A DNA stretch of 64,000 bases from an uncultured Aliarcobacter sp. (GCA_963664305.2 CAXXLV010000002.1:672001-736000), one strand, 5' to 3'. Counted from the stretch's first letter, positions 19,896 to 31,578 are shown. A program made the numbers and translations. Notes: generated by a model not told the origin, from the letters alone.

Positions 19896-21422
19896 ATGGA
19901 AGAGCATTTAGTTGATTGGTCCAGAGCTCAGTTTGCACTAACAGCAATGTATCATTGGATTTTTGTTCCATTAACTTTGGGACTTGGATTCATTGTTGCT
20001 ATTATGGAAACTATTTATGTAAAAACAAATGATGAATTTTGGAAAAAAACTACAAAATTTTGGATGGGTTTATTTGCAATAAACTTTGCAATAGGAGTTG
20101 CAACTGGAATAATAATGGAGTTTGAATTTGGTACAAACTGGGCAAATTACTCTTGGTTTGTTGGAGATATTTTTGGAGCTCCACTTGCAGTTGAGGGAAT
20201 TTTAGCCTTTTTTATGGAGAGTACTTTTTTTGCTGTAATGTTTTTTGGTTGGGAAAAAGTTAGTAAAGGATTTCATTTATTATCAACTTGGTTAGTTGCC
20301 ATTGGTTCAAATCTATCTGCTTTATGGATACTTGTTGCAAATGGTTGGATGCAATATCCAACTGGAATGACATTTAATCCTGATACGGTTAGAAATGAAA
20401 TGAATAATTTTTGGGATGTTTTACTTTCACCTGTTGCTATTAGTAAATTTTTACACACTATTGGAAGTGGTTATGTTTTAGCTTCACTTTTTGTTATAGG
20501 AGTTAGTGCTTGGTATTTATTGAAAAAAAGAGATATTTTATTTGCTAAAAAATCTATGATTATTGGAGCTACATTTGGACTTATAACTTCAATATTTTTG
20601 ATTTTAAGTGGAGATGAATCAGCTCATCAAGTTGCTCTTAAACAACCTATGAAACTTGCAGCTATGGAAGGTTTATACGAAGGAGAAGAGAAAGTTGGAA
20701 TTGTAGCTTTTGGTTTATTAAATCCAGAAAAAACAATAACAAATGATGAAAATACATTTTTATTTGATTTTACAATTCCTTATGCTTTATCATTTTTAAG
20801 TTTCCATGATATAAATGCTTATGTTCCTGGAATAAAAGATTTAGTTTATGGAAATGAAGAAAGAGGAATCTTAAGTGTAGAAGAAAAAATGCAAAAGGGT
20901 AAAGTTGCCATTGAAGCTTTGGAGTCTTATAAAGAGGCTAAAAAAACTTCAAATGAATCATTATTAAATAATTCAAAAATTTTACTTGATGAAAATATGA
21001 AATATTTTGGTTATGGACATATTAAAAATAAAGAAGATGTTATTCCTCCTGTTTCTATTACATTTTATTCATTCCATATTATGGTTGGACTTGGAACTTG
21101 GTTTACAATACTGTTTGCTTTAGTTTTATTTTTATTAACAAAAAAAGAGATTCTAAATTATCCGATTGTTTTAAAATCAGCACTTTTTAGTATTCCTTTA
21201 GGATATATTGCAAGTGAAGCTGGATGGGTAGTTGCAGAAGTAGGAAGACAACCTTGGGCTATTCAAGACTTAATGCCTGTTGGAATTGCAGCTACAAAAA
21301 TAGCAACAACAAATGTAATGATTAGCTTTTTTATCTTTGCCATACTTTTTACTGTTTTATTAATAGCAGAAATAAAAATTATGACAAAACAGATAAAAAT
21401 TGGTCCAAATGGAGGTCACTAA
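19896..21422 (+). CDS. cydA: Cytochrome bd ubiquinol oxidase subunit I
   Basis: SRAQFALTAMYHWIFVPLT, EFEFGTNW, QPMKLAAME and EVGRQPW motifs. Confidence 0.97.
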   Translation: MEEHLVDWSRAQFALTAMYHWIFVPLTLGLGFIVAIMETIYVKTNDEFWKKTTKFWMGLFAINFAIGVATGIIMEFEFGTNWANYSWFVGDIFGAPLAVEGILAFFMESTFFAVMFFGWEKVSKGFHLLSTWLVAIGSNLSALWILVANGWMQYPTGMTFNPDTVRNEMNNFWDVLLSPVAISKFLHTIGSGYVLASLFVIGVSAWYLLKKRDILFAKKSMIIGATFGLITSIFLILSGDESAHQVALKQPMKLAAMEGLYEGEEKVGIVAFGLLNPEKTITNDENTFLFDFTIPYALSFLSFHDINAYVPGIKDLVYGNEERGILSVEEKMQKGKVAIEALESYKEAKKTSNESLLNNSKILLDENMKYFGYGHIKNKEDVIPPVSITFYSFHIMVGLGTWFTILFALVLFLLTKKEILNYPIVLKSALFSIPLGYIASEAGWVVAEVGRQPWAIQDLMPVGIAATKIATTNVMISFFIFAILFTVLLIAEIKIMTKQIKIGPNGGH

Positions 21423-21423
21423 T

Positions 21424-22557
21424 ATGGGATTTGAAAACTTAGAACTTATAACACTTCAACAATATTGGTGGATAATAATATCTTTATTAGGTGGACTTTT
21501 TGTATTTATTATGTTTGTTCAAGGTGGTCAAACTTTAATAGATAAATTAAGTGAAAATGAGACTGAAAAAACTATGCTAATAAATAGTATAGGAAGAAAA
21601 TGGGAATTAGGTTTTACAACTTTAGTTTTATTTGGTGGTGCTTTATTTGCAGCCTTTCCACTATTTTATGCTACAAGTTTTGGTGGAGCTTATTGGGTTT
21701 GGTTAAGCATTCTATTTTGTTTTATTATTCAAGCTGTTTCTTATGAATATAGAACTAAACCAAACAATTTTTTAGGACAAAAAACTTATGAAATGTTTTT
21801 AAAAATAAATGGAAATATTGGAACATTTTTATTAGGAGTTGCAATTAGTACTTTTTTTAGTGGAAGCGAATTTATAGTTGATTCAAACAACTTTGTAGAT
21901 TGGCAAAACTCTTTAAGAGGACTTGAGGCACTTTTTAATCCATATAACTATTTATTGGGCTTTGCACTTGTATTTTTGGCAAAGATTAGTGGAGCTTTAT
22001 ATTTTATAAATAATATAGATTATGAAAAAATAAGAATCAAAGCAGTTAATTCAATCAAAATAAATATGATTTTATTTTTATTTTTCTTTTTAGGATTTAT
22101 GTTATGGATTCTTACAAAAGATGGATATACAATAAATAAAAATAGTTTTATAGAAATAGAAAGATTAAAGTATTTTCAAAACTTTATGGATATGCCTATT
22201 GTTTTAGTTATGTTCTTAATTGGTGTCTTGATGGTTATTATAGCTGTATTTGTAACTATTACATTTAAAAAAACTTGTTGCATTAAAACAAGTGGCGTGG
22301 GAATTGTATTAACTGTAATGGCGATTTTATTGAATGTGGGATTAAACAATACAGCTTACTATCCTTCAACTACTGATTTACAAAGCAGTTTAACAATTAT
22401 GAATAGTTCAGGAAGTCACTATACTCTTATGGTTATGAGTTATGTTTCATTGATGGTTCCCTTTGTATTAGCATATATAACTTATGCTTGGTACAGTATG
22501 GATAGAATAAAAATTACAAAAGAAGAGATTGAATCTAAAGATTCACATAATTATTAA
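21424..22557 (+). CDS. cydB: Cytochrome bd ubiquinol oxidase subunit II
   Basis: WELGFTTLVLFGGALFAAFP motif; follows cydA; ATG at 21424. Confidence 0.95.
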   Translation: MGFENLELITLQQYWWIIISLLGGLFVFIMFVQGGQTLIDKLSENETEKTMLINSIGRKWELGFTTLVLFGGALFAAFPLFYATSFGGAYWVWLSILFCFIIQAVSYEYRTKPNNFLGQKTYEMFLKINGNIGTFLLGVAISTFFSGSEFIVDSNNFVDWQNSLRGLEALFNPYNYLLGFALVFLAKISGALYFINNIDYEKIRIKAVNSIKINMILFLFFFLGFMLWILTKDGYTINKNSFIEIERLKYFQNFMDMPIVLVMFLIGVLMVIIAVFVTITFKKTCCIKTSGVGIVLTVMAILLNVGLNNTAYYPSTTDLQSSLTIMNSSGSHYTLMVMSYVSLMVPFVLAYITYAWYSMDRIKITKEEIESKDSHNY

Positions 22558-22570
22558 AAGGTTAGAAAAG

Positions 22571-22672
22571 ATGGAATATTTAAGTGAATTAATTTGGTTA
22601 AGTTTATGGCCGGTGGTTATATATCTTGGATATAAAATTTCATATAAAAATGCAACAAAGGAGATAAAATGA
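22571..22672 (+). CDS. Small single-TM protein after cydB (CydX/CydY-like), absent from the ORF track
   Basis: MEYLSELIWLSLWPVVIYLGYKISYKNATKEIK* (33 aa); TGA overlaps the next ATG. Confidence 0.75.
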   Translation: MEYLSELIWLSLWPVVIYLGYKISYKNATKEIK

Positions 22673-23112
22673 TTGCAATACCAGTAAAAACAAATAAAGA
22701 AAATACAGCAGTATCAACACTTTTTGGAAAAGCAAAATATTTTGCTTTTATAGAAAATAACAAAATTGAAATATTAAAAAATGAACAAATGGGTGGAAAA
22801 GCTGTTGCAAATTGGTTAAAAAGTAAAAATGTAGAAGTATTGATTACTTCTCACTTAGGAGAAAAACCTTTTGAAACCCTATTAAACAAAGGATTAAAAG
22901 TATATTTTGCAGGTGATGAAAGAATAGAATTAAAAGATGTGATGATAAAATATGCAGATGGAGAATTACAAATTGTAAATAATCAAAATTTTCATACTCT
23001 TTTAAAAGAGGATAATCATCATTCTAAAAATTGTTCAAAAACAAATCAAAAACCAGAAAATAAACTACAAAGACCTCTATATAAAAGTTTTATAAGAAAC
23101 ATTCATTACTAA
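22669..23112 (+). CDS. NifB/NifX-family cluster-binding protein
   Basis: MIAIPV...FGKAKYFAFI...SHLGEKPF motifs; His/Cys tail. Confidence 0.85.
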   Translation: MIAIPVKTNKENTAVSTLFGKAKYFAFIENNKIEILKNEQMGGKAVANWLKSKNVEVLITSHLGEKPFETLLNKGLKVYFAGDERIELKDVMIKYADGELQIVNNQNFHTLLKEDNHHSKNCSKTNQKPENKLQRPLYKSFIRNIHY

Positions 23113-23118
23113 AAAAAT

Positions 23119-23146
23119 AAAGATAGAAACCTTTGTTTCTATCTTT
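23119..23146. terminator. Bidirectional terminator overlapping the nfeD-like stop
   Basis: aaagatagaaac-cttt-gtttctatcttt. Confidence 0.7.
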
Positions 23147-23564
23147 TTTCTATAGTTGCTTTATTTTTAAAAGTTTTTAAAACTTCTACTTTTTCGCCTT
23201 CTAAAAACTCTTTTTCATCAATTTCTGAATCAATATCCCAATAAGTTCCTTTATAAAAAACTTTTGAATTTTTTATTTCACCTATTCCTTTTTCATTTAA
23301 AAAATCATCAGAAACATCAATTTTTGGAGTTGAAACAATTTCTACAACTTTTTTTCTCAAAAACAATATCAAAAAAATAGATAACAATGAAACAGTAGCC
23401 AATTGCCAAACTGCACCAGAAAATAAAACAAAATAACTAATTACAGCTACAATTATAAAACTTATACCAAACCAAATAAGTATAAAAGATGCAATTAATG
23501 CCTCTAAAGCTATTAAAGCTACACCAATTGCCAATAAAATATAAGGATCTACAGCACTAAGCAT
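23139..23564 (-). CDS. NfeD family protein
   Basis: TMs followed by an OB-fold (KVFYKGTYW); downstream of the SPFH gene. Confidence 0.85.
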   Translation of the reverse strand: MLSAVDPYILLAIGVALIALEALIASFILIWFGISFIIVAVISYFVLFSGAVWQLATVSLLSIFLILFLRKKVVEIVSTPKIDVSDDFLNEKGIGEIKNSKVFYKGTYWDIDSEIDEKEFLEGEKVEVLKTFKNKATIEKR

Positions 23565-24486
23565 TATTTGTTGCTCCATTACTTACACCTTTGAAAAAAG
23601 CATCTCCTAAAACAGAAGTTGAACCTATCATTTGAGAAACTTCATAAGGTAAAATCATCTTATCAGTTGAATTACTTTCAGCCAATGCTCTAAAAGCTGC
23701 AATTCTATCTTTTGCTAGTAAAAATTCTGCTGCTTTTTCATTTTCCATCATAGAAATATTTATAAGTCTCATGGCTTCTTGTTGCCCAGCAGCCATTTGC
23801 TCCTGTTCATATCTTCTTGCATCTGCCATTCTTTCGATTGCTTCTGCTTTTAAAACTTCTTCTTGTTTAAATGCTTCTGCTTTTCTAATTACTGCTTCTT
23901 TATCAGCTTTTGCTTTTGTTTCAATAGCTCTTTTTTCTCTTTCTGCTTCCATTTGCATATTCATAGCTCTTTCAATTTCTTGAGGAACTGAAATATCAGA
24001 AATCTCAACTCTAGTTACTTTGATTCCCCAGTTTGTTGCTGCACTTCCTAATTCATTTTGTAATTTTGCATTAAGTGTTTCTCTATTTGATAAAGTATCA
24101 TCTAAATCCATTCCACCAATTTCAGCTCTTAGAGTTGTCATTGCAAGATTTGCAATTGCATTTTTAAAATCAACTACATTATAAGTCGCTTGCATTGCAT
24201 CATCTACTTTACAAAAAACTATTCCATCTATAGAAATATTTACGTTATCTCTTGTAATAACCGATTGTTTTGCAATATCAACTAATTGTTCTCTTGATGT
24301 AAGAACAGCTCTTACATTATCAATTATTGGTATGATTATATGAAAACCACCATGTAATACTTTATTAAATTTTCCTAATCTTTCAATCAAATATAAATCT
24401 GATTGAGGAACAATTTTTACACCTTTTACAATAACAATTAAAGCAAAAAATATTATTGCTACTGCAAACACTATACTTGTTTCCAT
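23557..24486 (-). CDS. SPFH/band-7 (stomatin-like) protein
   Basis: IERLGKF, QSVITRDNV, WGIKVTRVEI and QMEAEREKRA motifs. Confidence 0.93.
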   Translation of the reverse strand: METSIVFAVAIIFFALIVIVKGVKIVPQSDLYLIERLGKFNKVLHGGFHIIIPIIDNVRAVLTSREQLVDIAKQSVITRDNVNISIDGIVFCKVDDAMQATYNVVDFKNAIANLAMTTLRAEIGGMDLDDTLSNRETLNAKLQNELGSAATNWGIKVTRVEISDISVPQEIERAMNMQMEAEREKRAIETKAKADKEAVIRKAEAFKQEEVLKAEAIERMADARRYEQEQMAAGQQEAMRLINISMMENEKAAEFLLAKDRIAAFRALAESNSTDKMILPYEVSQMIGSTSVLGDAFFKGVSNGATNNA

Positions 24487-24551
24487 TGAATTTCCTTTTT
24501 ATGAATTAAAACTCTTGATAATAATATTACAATTTATTTTAAAAATTGACT

Positions 24552-25403
24552 TTAAATAATTATATTTTTTAAATTTAGATTGAATCTATTTCCAGTTTCT
24601 GTAGTTTCTATATTAATAAGAATTTTATTTTTATCACAAAATTCTTTTACCATAGCAAGTCCTAAACCAAATCCGTCATTAGAAGGATTTTCTTGAAAAT
24701 ATTTATCAAAAACAATAAATAGATTTTTTGTATCTATTTTTTCGCCACTATTATAAATAGATAAAATAGAATTTTTATAAGATATTTCTACTATTGGATT
24801 TTCTTTAATATTGTATTTTATTGCATTTGAAATTAGATTATCAATTGTTTTTATAAAACCATTGATATCACTTTTTAATGTTATATTTGGGACATCAAAT
24901 ATGATTTTAGTATCTTTTTTTATGTCATCAAATTTATCAATAGAGATTTTAACAACTTCATCAAGAAAAAACTCTTGTTTATCTATTTTGTCTATCTCTT
25001 TTTTGATGTTGTATTCCATATTTTCATACAATTTCAAAAGATTATTACTAGCTTGTTTTATTCTTTCTAGTCTTTTTAAACTCTTTTCATCTTTTATTGT
25101 TTTTTCTAAAAGTTGAGTATTCATTTTTATAGTAGAAACAGGAATATTTAATTCATGGATAGTCTCTTTTATACTAAGTTCTAATTTCTCATCACTTTTA
25201 AACAATGGCTTTAAAATAGAGATTGAAAAACTTAAAAAAATTGCTAAACCTAAAATAATTAAAGGAACAATGATATATATAAAATTATCTTGATTTAGAC
25301 CAAATTTAGAAATAAAAAAATAGTTTAAATATAAAATAATAACCAAACAAAAAGTGAAGATTATTGAAATTGAAATTAGAAAATCTCTTTTTTTAGAATT
25401 CAA
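24552..25403 (-). CDS. Sensor histidine kinase
   Basis: IHELNIP H-box, NLISNAIKY, GFGLGLAMV. Confidence 0.9.
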   Translation of the reverse strand: MNSKKRDFLISISIIFTFCLVIILYLNYFFISKFGLNQDNFIYIIVPLIILGLAIFLSFSISILKPLFKSDEKLELSIKETIHELNIPVSTIKMNTQLLEKTIKDEKSLKRLERIKQASNNLLKLYENMEYNIKKEIDKIDKQEFFLDEVVKISIDKFDDIKKDTKIIFDVPNITLKSDINGFIKTIDNLISNAIKYNIKENPIVEISYKNSILSIYNSGEKIDTKNLFIVFDKYFQENPSNDGFGLGLAMVKEFCDKNKILINIETTETGNRFNLNLKNIII

Positions 25404-26055
25404 CTTTGTATCCTATACCTTTGATATTTGAAATTGAGTCTTTATTTTCAAAAAGTTTTTTTATATGATTTATATAAACCCTGATAGAACCTTCACTATA
25501 CTCTTGGCTTGTTGCCCATAATTTTGCAATTATCATCTCTTTTGTAACTATTTCTCCCCTATTTTCAATAAATAGTTCCATTAGTTCTAAAACTTTTACA
25601 GGTAAATTCAAATCTTCCCCATTTTCATAAAGTCGTTTATTTAAAGGATTAAAAGTCAAAGTTTCAGTTAGTTTTATGATTTCAAATTGCTTTTTATTTC
25701 TTTTTAGTAAAGCTTTTATTCTTAAGAGTAATTCATCTAAATCAACTGGTTTTTTTAAATAGTCATCACAACCTTTTAAAAAAGCATCATGTAAAGTATC
25801 TCTATCTTTATATGAAGTTAAAAAAATTGTAGGAGTATTATCTTCACTTTTTCGCAAGTTTGAAAGTAATTCAAGACCATTTATTTTTGGAACATTAATA
25901 TCAAAAATATATAAATCATAATTATTCTCATAATTTAGAGTTAAACACTCTTCACCATCATATGCAATATCAACAATAAATCCTTCATCACTTAAAAAAT
26001 CTTCAATTGTTGATGCAAAAAGTTCATCATCTTCTAAAACTAAAACCTTATACAA
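25393..26055 (-). CDS. OmpR-family response regulator
   Basis: LEDD, FDINVP, DDYLKKP and winged-helix KGIGYK; TTG start. Confidence 0.92.
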   Translation of the reverse strand: MYKVLVLEDDELFASTIEDFLSDEGFIVDIAYDGEECLTLNYENNYDLYIFDINVPKINGLELLSNLRKSEDNTPTIFLTSYKDRDTLHDAFLKGCDDYLKKPVDLDELLLRIKALLKRNKKQFEIIKLTETLTFNPLNKRLYENGEDLNLPVKVLELMELFIENRGEIVTKEMIIAKLWATSQEYSEGSIRVYINHIKKLFENKDSISNIKGIGYKVEF

Positions 26056-26157
26056 AGTCCTTCCTTACATTTATTGGTTATTCATTATATTTACTTTTTG
26101 TTAAATAATTGATAATTCGCTATTATTGTTATTATGAATTAAATAAAAGGATTCAAA

Positions 26158-28242
26158 ATGTTAAATAATATTTCAATAAAAACTAAACTAATAAGTTTAT
26201 CAATCATTATTTCTTTATCATTTTTATTAATACTATTTATTGAACTTATTTCTATAAATAAAGTAGACAAAATAGCAAATATAAATACAAAAATTGGAGA
26301 ATTAGAAATTCAACAATTAGAATTAAGAAAAAATGAAAAAGATTTTCTAGCAAGAAAAGATTTAAAATATTTAGATAAATTTAAAGAAAATGTATCTAAT
26401 ATCAATAAAATTACTAATGAATTAGATATCAAATTTAATGAATTTGATTTAGATAAAATTGAATTAAACAATTATAACAATATCATAAAAGAGTATTCAA
26501 CTATTTTTACAAAAATTGTTGAATTACAGCAAAAAATAGGATTAAAAGAGGATAATGGTTTATATGGTGCATTAAGAGAAAGTGTACACTTAGTTCAAGA
26601 ATTTGCGAAAAAATCTAATGACAATTATCTACTTGCAACAGTTTATGATTTAAGAAAACAAGAAAAAGATTTTATGTTAAGACTTGATGAACAATATGTG
26701 GATAAATTTAATAAAATCATTCCAAAACTTCAAAATGATGAAAAATATAAAGATTTATCTTCATTACTTACTAGTTACAAAACAAACTTTTTAAATCTAG
26801 TAAATTCTGAAAAAGAAAAAGGTTTCAATGAAAATTCTGGATTAATGAAAGAGATGCGAGACATTGTACATAAATCAGGAAATTCTCAAAAAATTTTAGC
26901 AAATAATGTTAATCAAAAAATAGAAAATTTACATAAAAAAATCGAATTTTTTTCATATGGATTAATCATTGTTATTTCATTATTTATTATTATTGCTCTT
27001 TTATATATAAGTAGAGTTATCAATAAATCTCTAACTTCTTTTCAAGAAGGCTTAGGAGATTTTTTTGCATTTTTAAATAATGAAACAAAAAATATAAATC
27101 TTTTAAATGATAAAAATGATGATGAATTTGGAAATATGTCTAAAATAATCAACTCAAATATAATCAAAGTTCAAGAAAATATAATAAAAGATAAAGCATT
27201 GATTGATGATGCAACAAAAGTTGCAAATGATATAAAAGATGGACATTTAAGTAGTAGAATTCATACAAACTCAAATTCAAATGAATTAAATGAACTTAAA
27301 AATGTAATCAATTTAATGCTAGAAAATTTAAGTTCAAATATAGATAATATTTTAAATGTGTTAAAAAATTATAGTAATTATGACTATACAAAAAGAGTTG
27401 ATACAAAATTAGTAAAAGGTGATATTTTAGAGCTTTGTAAAAATATAAATCATGTTGGAGACACTATAACTAAAATGTTAGTTGATAGTAAAAATATAGG
27501 TTTAAATTTACAAGATAGTGCAAATATATTAATTAACAATGTAAAATCTTTAACTCAAAATGCAAATACTACTGCTGCTAGTTTAGAAGAAACAGCTGCT
27601 GCTGTTGAAGAAATAACTTCAACTATTGCAAAAAATAGTCAAAATATAAATGAAATGTCAAAATACTCTACAAATGTAATAGATGCTTTAAAAAAAGGTG
27701 AAGACCTTGCAAATAAAACAATGATTTCAATGGATGAAATAAATGACCAAGTTCAAGCAATTAATGAATCAATTACTTTAATTGACCAAATTGCATTTCA
27801 AACAAATATTCTATCACTTAATGCAGCAGTAGAAGCTGCAACTGCTGGAGAAGCAGGAAAAGGTTTTGCTGTTGTTGCAGGGGAAGTTAGAAATCTAGCT
27901 GCTAGAAGTGCTGAAGTTGCAAAAGAAATTAAAATCTTAGTTGAAAATGCAACAACAAAAGCAAATAGTGGAAAAGAGATATCAACTGATATGATAGATG
28001 GTTATTCAACACTAAATACAAATATTCAAAATACAGTTAATTTAATAAATAGCGTTTCAACTGCATCAAAAGAACAACAAATTGGTATTGAACAAATAAA
28101 TAGTTCAATAAATCAACTAGACCAACAAACTCAAGAAATTGCAAATATTTCTTCAACAACACAACAAATTGCACAAGAAACAAATAATATCGCAATTGAA
28201 ATAGTAAAAAATAGTAATGAAAAAGAGTTTGAAGGGAAATAA
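26158..28242 (+). CDS. Methyl-accepting chemotaxis protein
   Basis: Two TMs around a periplasmic domain; [37 protein letters not shown]. Confidence 0.95.
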   Translation: MLNNISIKTKLISLSIIISLSFLLILFIELISINKVDKIANINTKIGELEIQQLELRKNEKDFLARKDLKYLDKFKENVSNINKITNELDIKFNEFDLDKIELNNYNNIIKEYSTIFTKIVELQQKIGLKEDNGLYGALRESVHLVQEFAKKSNDNYLLATVYDLRKQEKDFMLRLDEQYVDKFNKIIPKLQNDEKYKDLSSLLTSYKTNFLNLVNSEKEKGFNENSGLMKEMRDIVHKSGNSQKILANNVNQKIENLHKKIEFFSYGLIIVISLFIIIALLYISRVINKSLTSFQEGLGDFFAFLNNETKNINLLNDKNDDEFGNMSKIINSNIIKVQENIIKDKALIDDATKVANDIKDGHLSSRIHTNSNSNELNELKNVINLMLENLSSNIDNILNVLKNYSNYDYTKRVDTKLVKGDILELCKNINHVGDTITKMLVDSKNIGLNLQDSANILINNVKSLTQNANTTAASLEETAAAVEEITSTIAKNSQNINEMSKYSTNVIDALKKGEDLANKTMISMDEINDQVQAINESITLIDQIAFQTNILSLNAAVEAATAGEAGKGFAVVAGEVRNLAARSAEVAKEIKILVENATTKANSGKEISTDMIDGYSTLNTNIQNTVNLINSVSTASKEQQIGIEQINSSINQLDQQTQEIANISSTTQQIAQETNNIAIEIVKNSNEKEFEGK

Positions 28243-28307
28243 AAACAAAGGGGATTAATAATAATTTGGTAAAATAAGTAATTTTATAATAATTTTCAGG
28301 ATTTTTT

Positions 28308-30059
28308 ATGTTACAAAAGTTACTTTTACCATTTTTATTATTGATTTTCGCATATGTTGTCATCTCTTTAGAAAACTTTACAGTTATTCTAAGTGGTATT
28401 GCCATTTTTCTAATTGGAATGATGTTCATGCAAGATGGATTTAAACTTCTATCTGGTGGAATTTTAGAAAAATTACTTCAAAAATTTACAAGTAATATAT
28501 TTTATTCTATATTAACAGGTTTCTTATCAACAACATTTGTACAAAGTTCTTCTATCATCTCTTTAGTTGTAATCTCTTTTTTATCTGTTGAACTTTTAAC
28601 TTTAATCCAAGGAATTGGAATACTTTTTGGTTCAAATTTAGGAAGTACAACAACAGCTTGGATAATTTCTAGTTTAGGTTTTGATGTAAAAATTTCAGCT
28701 TATGCAATGCCTATGATTTTATTTGGAGTGATTTTAAGATTTATAAAAAACAATGCATATAAAGGTTTAGGAAATGTGCTTTTAGGTTTAGGTTTTGTTT
28801 TTCTTGGAATTGCTTATATGAAAGAAGGTTTTGAAACTCTAAAAAACTCTATTGATTTAGCTTCTTTTGCTATGGAAGGAGCTTTAGGGATAATTATTTA
28901 TTTAATTGTTGGAGCAATTGCAACTGTAATTATCCAATCAAGTGCAGCTACAATCGCTATTATTATTACAGCATTAAGTGCTGGAAGTATTATTTATATA
29001 AACGCTTTAGCACTTGTTATTGGAGCAAATATTGGTACAACATTTACAGCCATTTTAGCTTCACTTGCTTCTAATGAAAATGGAAAAAGAGTTGCATTTG
29101 CTCACTTTTTATTTAATATTATTACTGGTTTGATTATTACAATTTTTATTTATTCATTTAAAGATTTTGTTGATTATTTAGCACCATATTTTGGAATAAG
29201 TGAAGAAAACTATAGTATGAAATTGGCTTTATTCCATACTTTATTTAGTTTAATTGGTATTATTTTATTAACTCCATTTGTAAATCAAATAGTAAATTTA
29301 TCTCAAAAACTAATCAAAAAAAAGGTATCAGCACTATCAAAACCAAAATATCTTTTAGATGCAAATTTAACTATTCCAGAAACAGCTATTGTTTCAATTA
29401 AAAAAGAGACTATAAACCTATATGAAAATTGTCAAAAAGCGATGTTACATGCTTTAAATTTACATACAACAAATTTAAAGACAAAAGAAGATTTAAAACT
29501 ACAAATTTCAAAAGAAGTTTCAAAAATAGATACAAATATTGATGAAATTTATCAAACTAATCTAAAAAATCTTTATAGTGAAATTATAAAATTCTCTTCA
29601 TTTGCTCAAGAAAATATGAGCAGTTCTCAACAAAGAGAAGTTGCAGATATAAAAAGATGTGCAAAATTAATTGTTGAAGTTTTAAAAGATACAAGAGATA
29701 TTCAAAAAAATGTAAATTTTTATTTAAAAAGTAGAAATGAATATATAAAAGAAGAGTATAATCTATTAAGAGAAGAATTAGCTACTATTTTAATTGATAT
29801 AAATTTACTTGATAGTCAAGAAACAGAGCTTGAAAAACTTACTCAATTAGAAGTGATAAAATCAACCCTACAAACTAATGACTTATCAAATTCAGGGAAA
29901 ATCGATGCTTTGATTAGAGAAGATAAAATCAAAGCAACAATGGCAACTTCACTTATCAATGATAGTGCAACTGTTTATTCTATTCAAAAAAAACTTGTTG
30001 AAATGGCAAGTATATTGTTTTTTAACAATACACTACTAAAAGAGATAGGAAACAAATAA
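28308..30059 (+). CDS. Na/Pi cotransporter family protein
   Basis: Repeated QSS...GSNLGST and QSSAAT...GANIGTT motifs; PhoU-like tail. Confidence 0.9.
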   Translation: MLQKLLLPFLLLIFAYVVISLENFTVILSGIAIFLIGMMFMQDGFKLLSGGILEKLLQKFTSNIFYSILTGFLSTTFVQSSSIISLVVISFLSVELLTLIQGIGILFGSNLGSTTTAWIISSLGFDVKISAYAMPMILFGVILRFIKNNAYKGLGNVLLGLGFVFLGIAYMKEGFETLKNSIDLASFAMEGALGIIIYLIVGAIATVIIQSSAATIAIIITALSAGSIIYINALALVIGANIGTTFTAILASLASNENGKRVAFAHFLFNIITGLIITIFIYSFKDFVDYLAPYFGISEENYSMKLALFHTLFSLIGIILLTPFVNQIVNLSQKLIKKKVSALSKPKYLLDANLTIPETAIVSIKKETINLYENCQKAMLHALNLHTTNLKTKEDLKLQISKEVSKIDTNIDEIYQTNLKNLYSEIIKFSSFAQENMSSSQQREVADIKRCAKLIVEVLKDTRDIQKNVNFYLKSRNEYIKEEYNLLREELATILIDINLLDSQETELEKLTQLEVIKSTLQTNDLSNSGKIDALIREDKIKATMATSLINDSATVYSIQKKLVEMASILFFNNTLLKEIGNK

Positions 30060-30060
30060 T

Positions 30061-30288
30061 ATGAACTTAGATAAAATCGTTTCAAAAATAAAAAAATATT
30101 TAAAAAAAGATAGTTTAGATGAATCAAAACAAGAAAAAGTAGAAGAGATAATTGAAAAATTATCTCAAAAAAAAGCTAAACTAAAAAAAGAGATAAAAGA
30201 AGCTAAAAAAGATTCAGAAAAAGAGAAGCTTCAAAAAGAGCTTGAAGCTGTAATAAAACTTATTGAAAAAAGTAATTCTCTTATTTAA
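30061..30288 (+). CDS. Hypothetical small coiled-coil protein
   Basis: 75-aa Lys/Glu-rich ORF directly after the transporter. Confidence 0.6.
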   Translation: MNLDKIVSKIKKYLKKDSLDESKQEKVEEIIEKLSQKKAKLKKEIKEAKKDSEKEKLQKELEAVIKLIEKSNSLI

Positions 30289-30745
30289 AATCTTTAAAAT
30301 TTTGTCTTAATGCTTCATAAGCTACTATTGAAACAGAGTTTGCAATATTTAAACTTCTTGCATCATTTGTCATAGGAATTGTAATACAAGTTTTTGGACT
30401 TTTTTCTAATAAAGAAACTGGAAGTCCAGCATCTTCTCTTCCAAAATATATATAATCCCCTACTTTATATTCAACATCAAAATATAACTGTTTTGTTTTT
30501 GTAGTTGCTAAAAAGTGTCTATCATTAAAAGGATTTTTTGACCAAAAGTCTTCAATATTTTCATACTCTCTAACATCTAAATCAAACCAATAATCAAGTC
30601 CAGCACGACGTACTTCTTTTTCAGTAATTTCACCAAAACCATAAGGTTTGATAAGATGTAAAGTACAATTCATAGCAAAGGCAAGTCTTCCAATAGTTCC
30701 TACATTTCCAGGAATTCGTGGTTCTAATAAAACTAGATTAAACAT
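30281..30745 (-). CDS. trmL: tRNA (cytidine/uridine(34)-2'-O)-methyltransferase
   Basis: PRIPGNVGTIGR, RRAGLDYW, FGREDAGLP and RSLNIANSV SPOUT motifs. Confidence 0.92.
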   Translation of the reverse strand: MFNLVLLEPRIPGNVGTIGRLAFAMNCTLHLIKPYGFGEITEKEVRRAGLDYWFDLDVREYENIEDFWSKNPFNDRHFLATTKTKQLYFDVEYKVGDYIYFGREDAGLPVSLLEKSPKTCITIPMTNDARSLNIANSVSIVAYEALRQNFKDFK

Positions 30746-31578
30746 TATAAAATTACCGTTTTGTTTCCATGAACAAAAACTCTATCATGTAAGAGTAGTT
30801 CAAATGCATTTGATAAAACGATTTTTTCAACATTTCTTCCTGCATTTCTCATATCTTCCCAAGAGTAACTGTGGTCAACTCTTACAACATCTTGGAAAAT
30901 AATTGGACCTTCATCTAAATCATTTGTTACATAATGAGCAGTTGCTCCAATAATTTTAACACCTCTTTCATGTGCTTGTTTATATGGATTTGCTCCAATA
31001 AATGCTGGTAAGAATGAATGATGAATATTTAAAACTTTTTTAGGGAATGTTTCTACAAATTTTGGAGTTAAAATTCTCATATATTTTGCAAGAACAATTA
31101 ATTCAGGCTCAAACTCTTGAATTTTTGCAATCATTTTATCTTCGTGCTCTTCTCTTGACATACCTTCTGCACTAATACAAGTAAATGGAATATTGAATTT
31201 TTCTACTAACTCTTTCAAGTGGTCATGATTTGCAATAACTGCTTTTATATTTGCGTTTAATTCTCCAGCAATATATCTAATTAATAAATCACCTAAAACG
31301 TGAGACTCTTTTGTTGCTAAAATAACAACATCTTTTTTCTCTTTTTTATTTAATTTAATTGAAGCACCTGCTGGTAAAACTTCTGTTAGTTCTTTTAGTA
31401 AGATGTTTTTTGAAACTTTTCCAGAGATTATACTTCTCATAAAAAATTTTTTAGTTTCTTGGTCAACATATTCAGCATTTTGTTCTATATTTAAATTATT
31501 TGCAAAAAGAACTTTTGAAATGTTGTAAACCAAACCTTTTGAATCTTCTGTATCAATTAACAGTATATACTCTTCCAT
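30745..31578 (-). CDS. purU: Formyltetrahydrofolate deformylase
   Basis: N-terminal ACT domain; NIHHSFLPAFIGANPY...GATAHYVTNDLDEGPII. Confidence 0.95.
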   Translation of the reverse strand: MEEYILLIDTEDSKGLVYNISKVLFANNLNIEQNAEYVDQETKKFFMRSIISGKVSKNILLKELTEVLPAGASIKLNKKEKKDVVILATKESHVLGDLLIRYIAGELNANIKAVIANHDHLKELVEKFNIPFTCISAEGMSREEHEDKMIAKIQEFEPELIVLAKYMRILTPKFVETFPKKVLNIHHSFLPAFIGANPYKQAHERGVKIIGATAHYVTNDLDEGPIIFQDVVRVDHSYSWEDMRNAGRNVEKIVLSNAFELLLHDRVFVHGNKTVIL

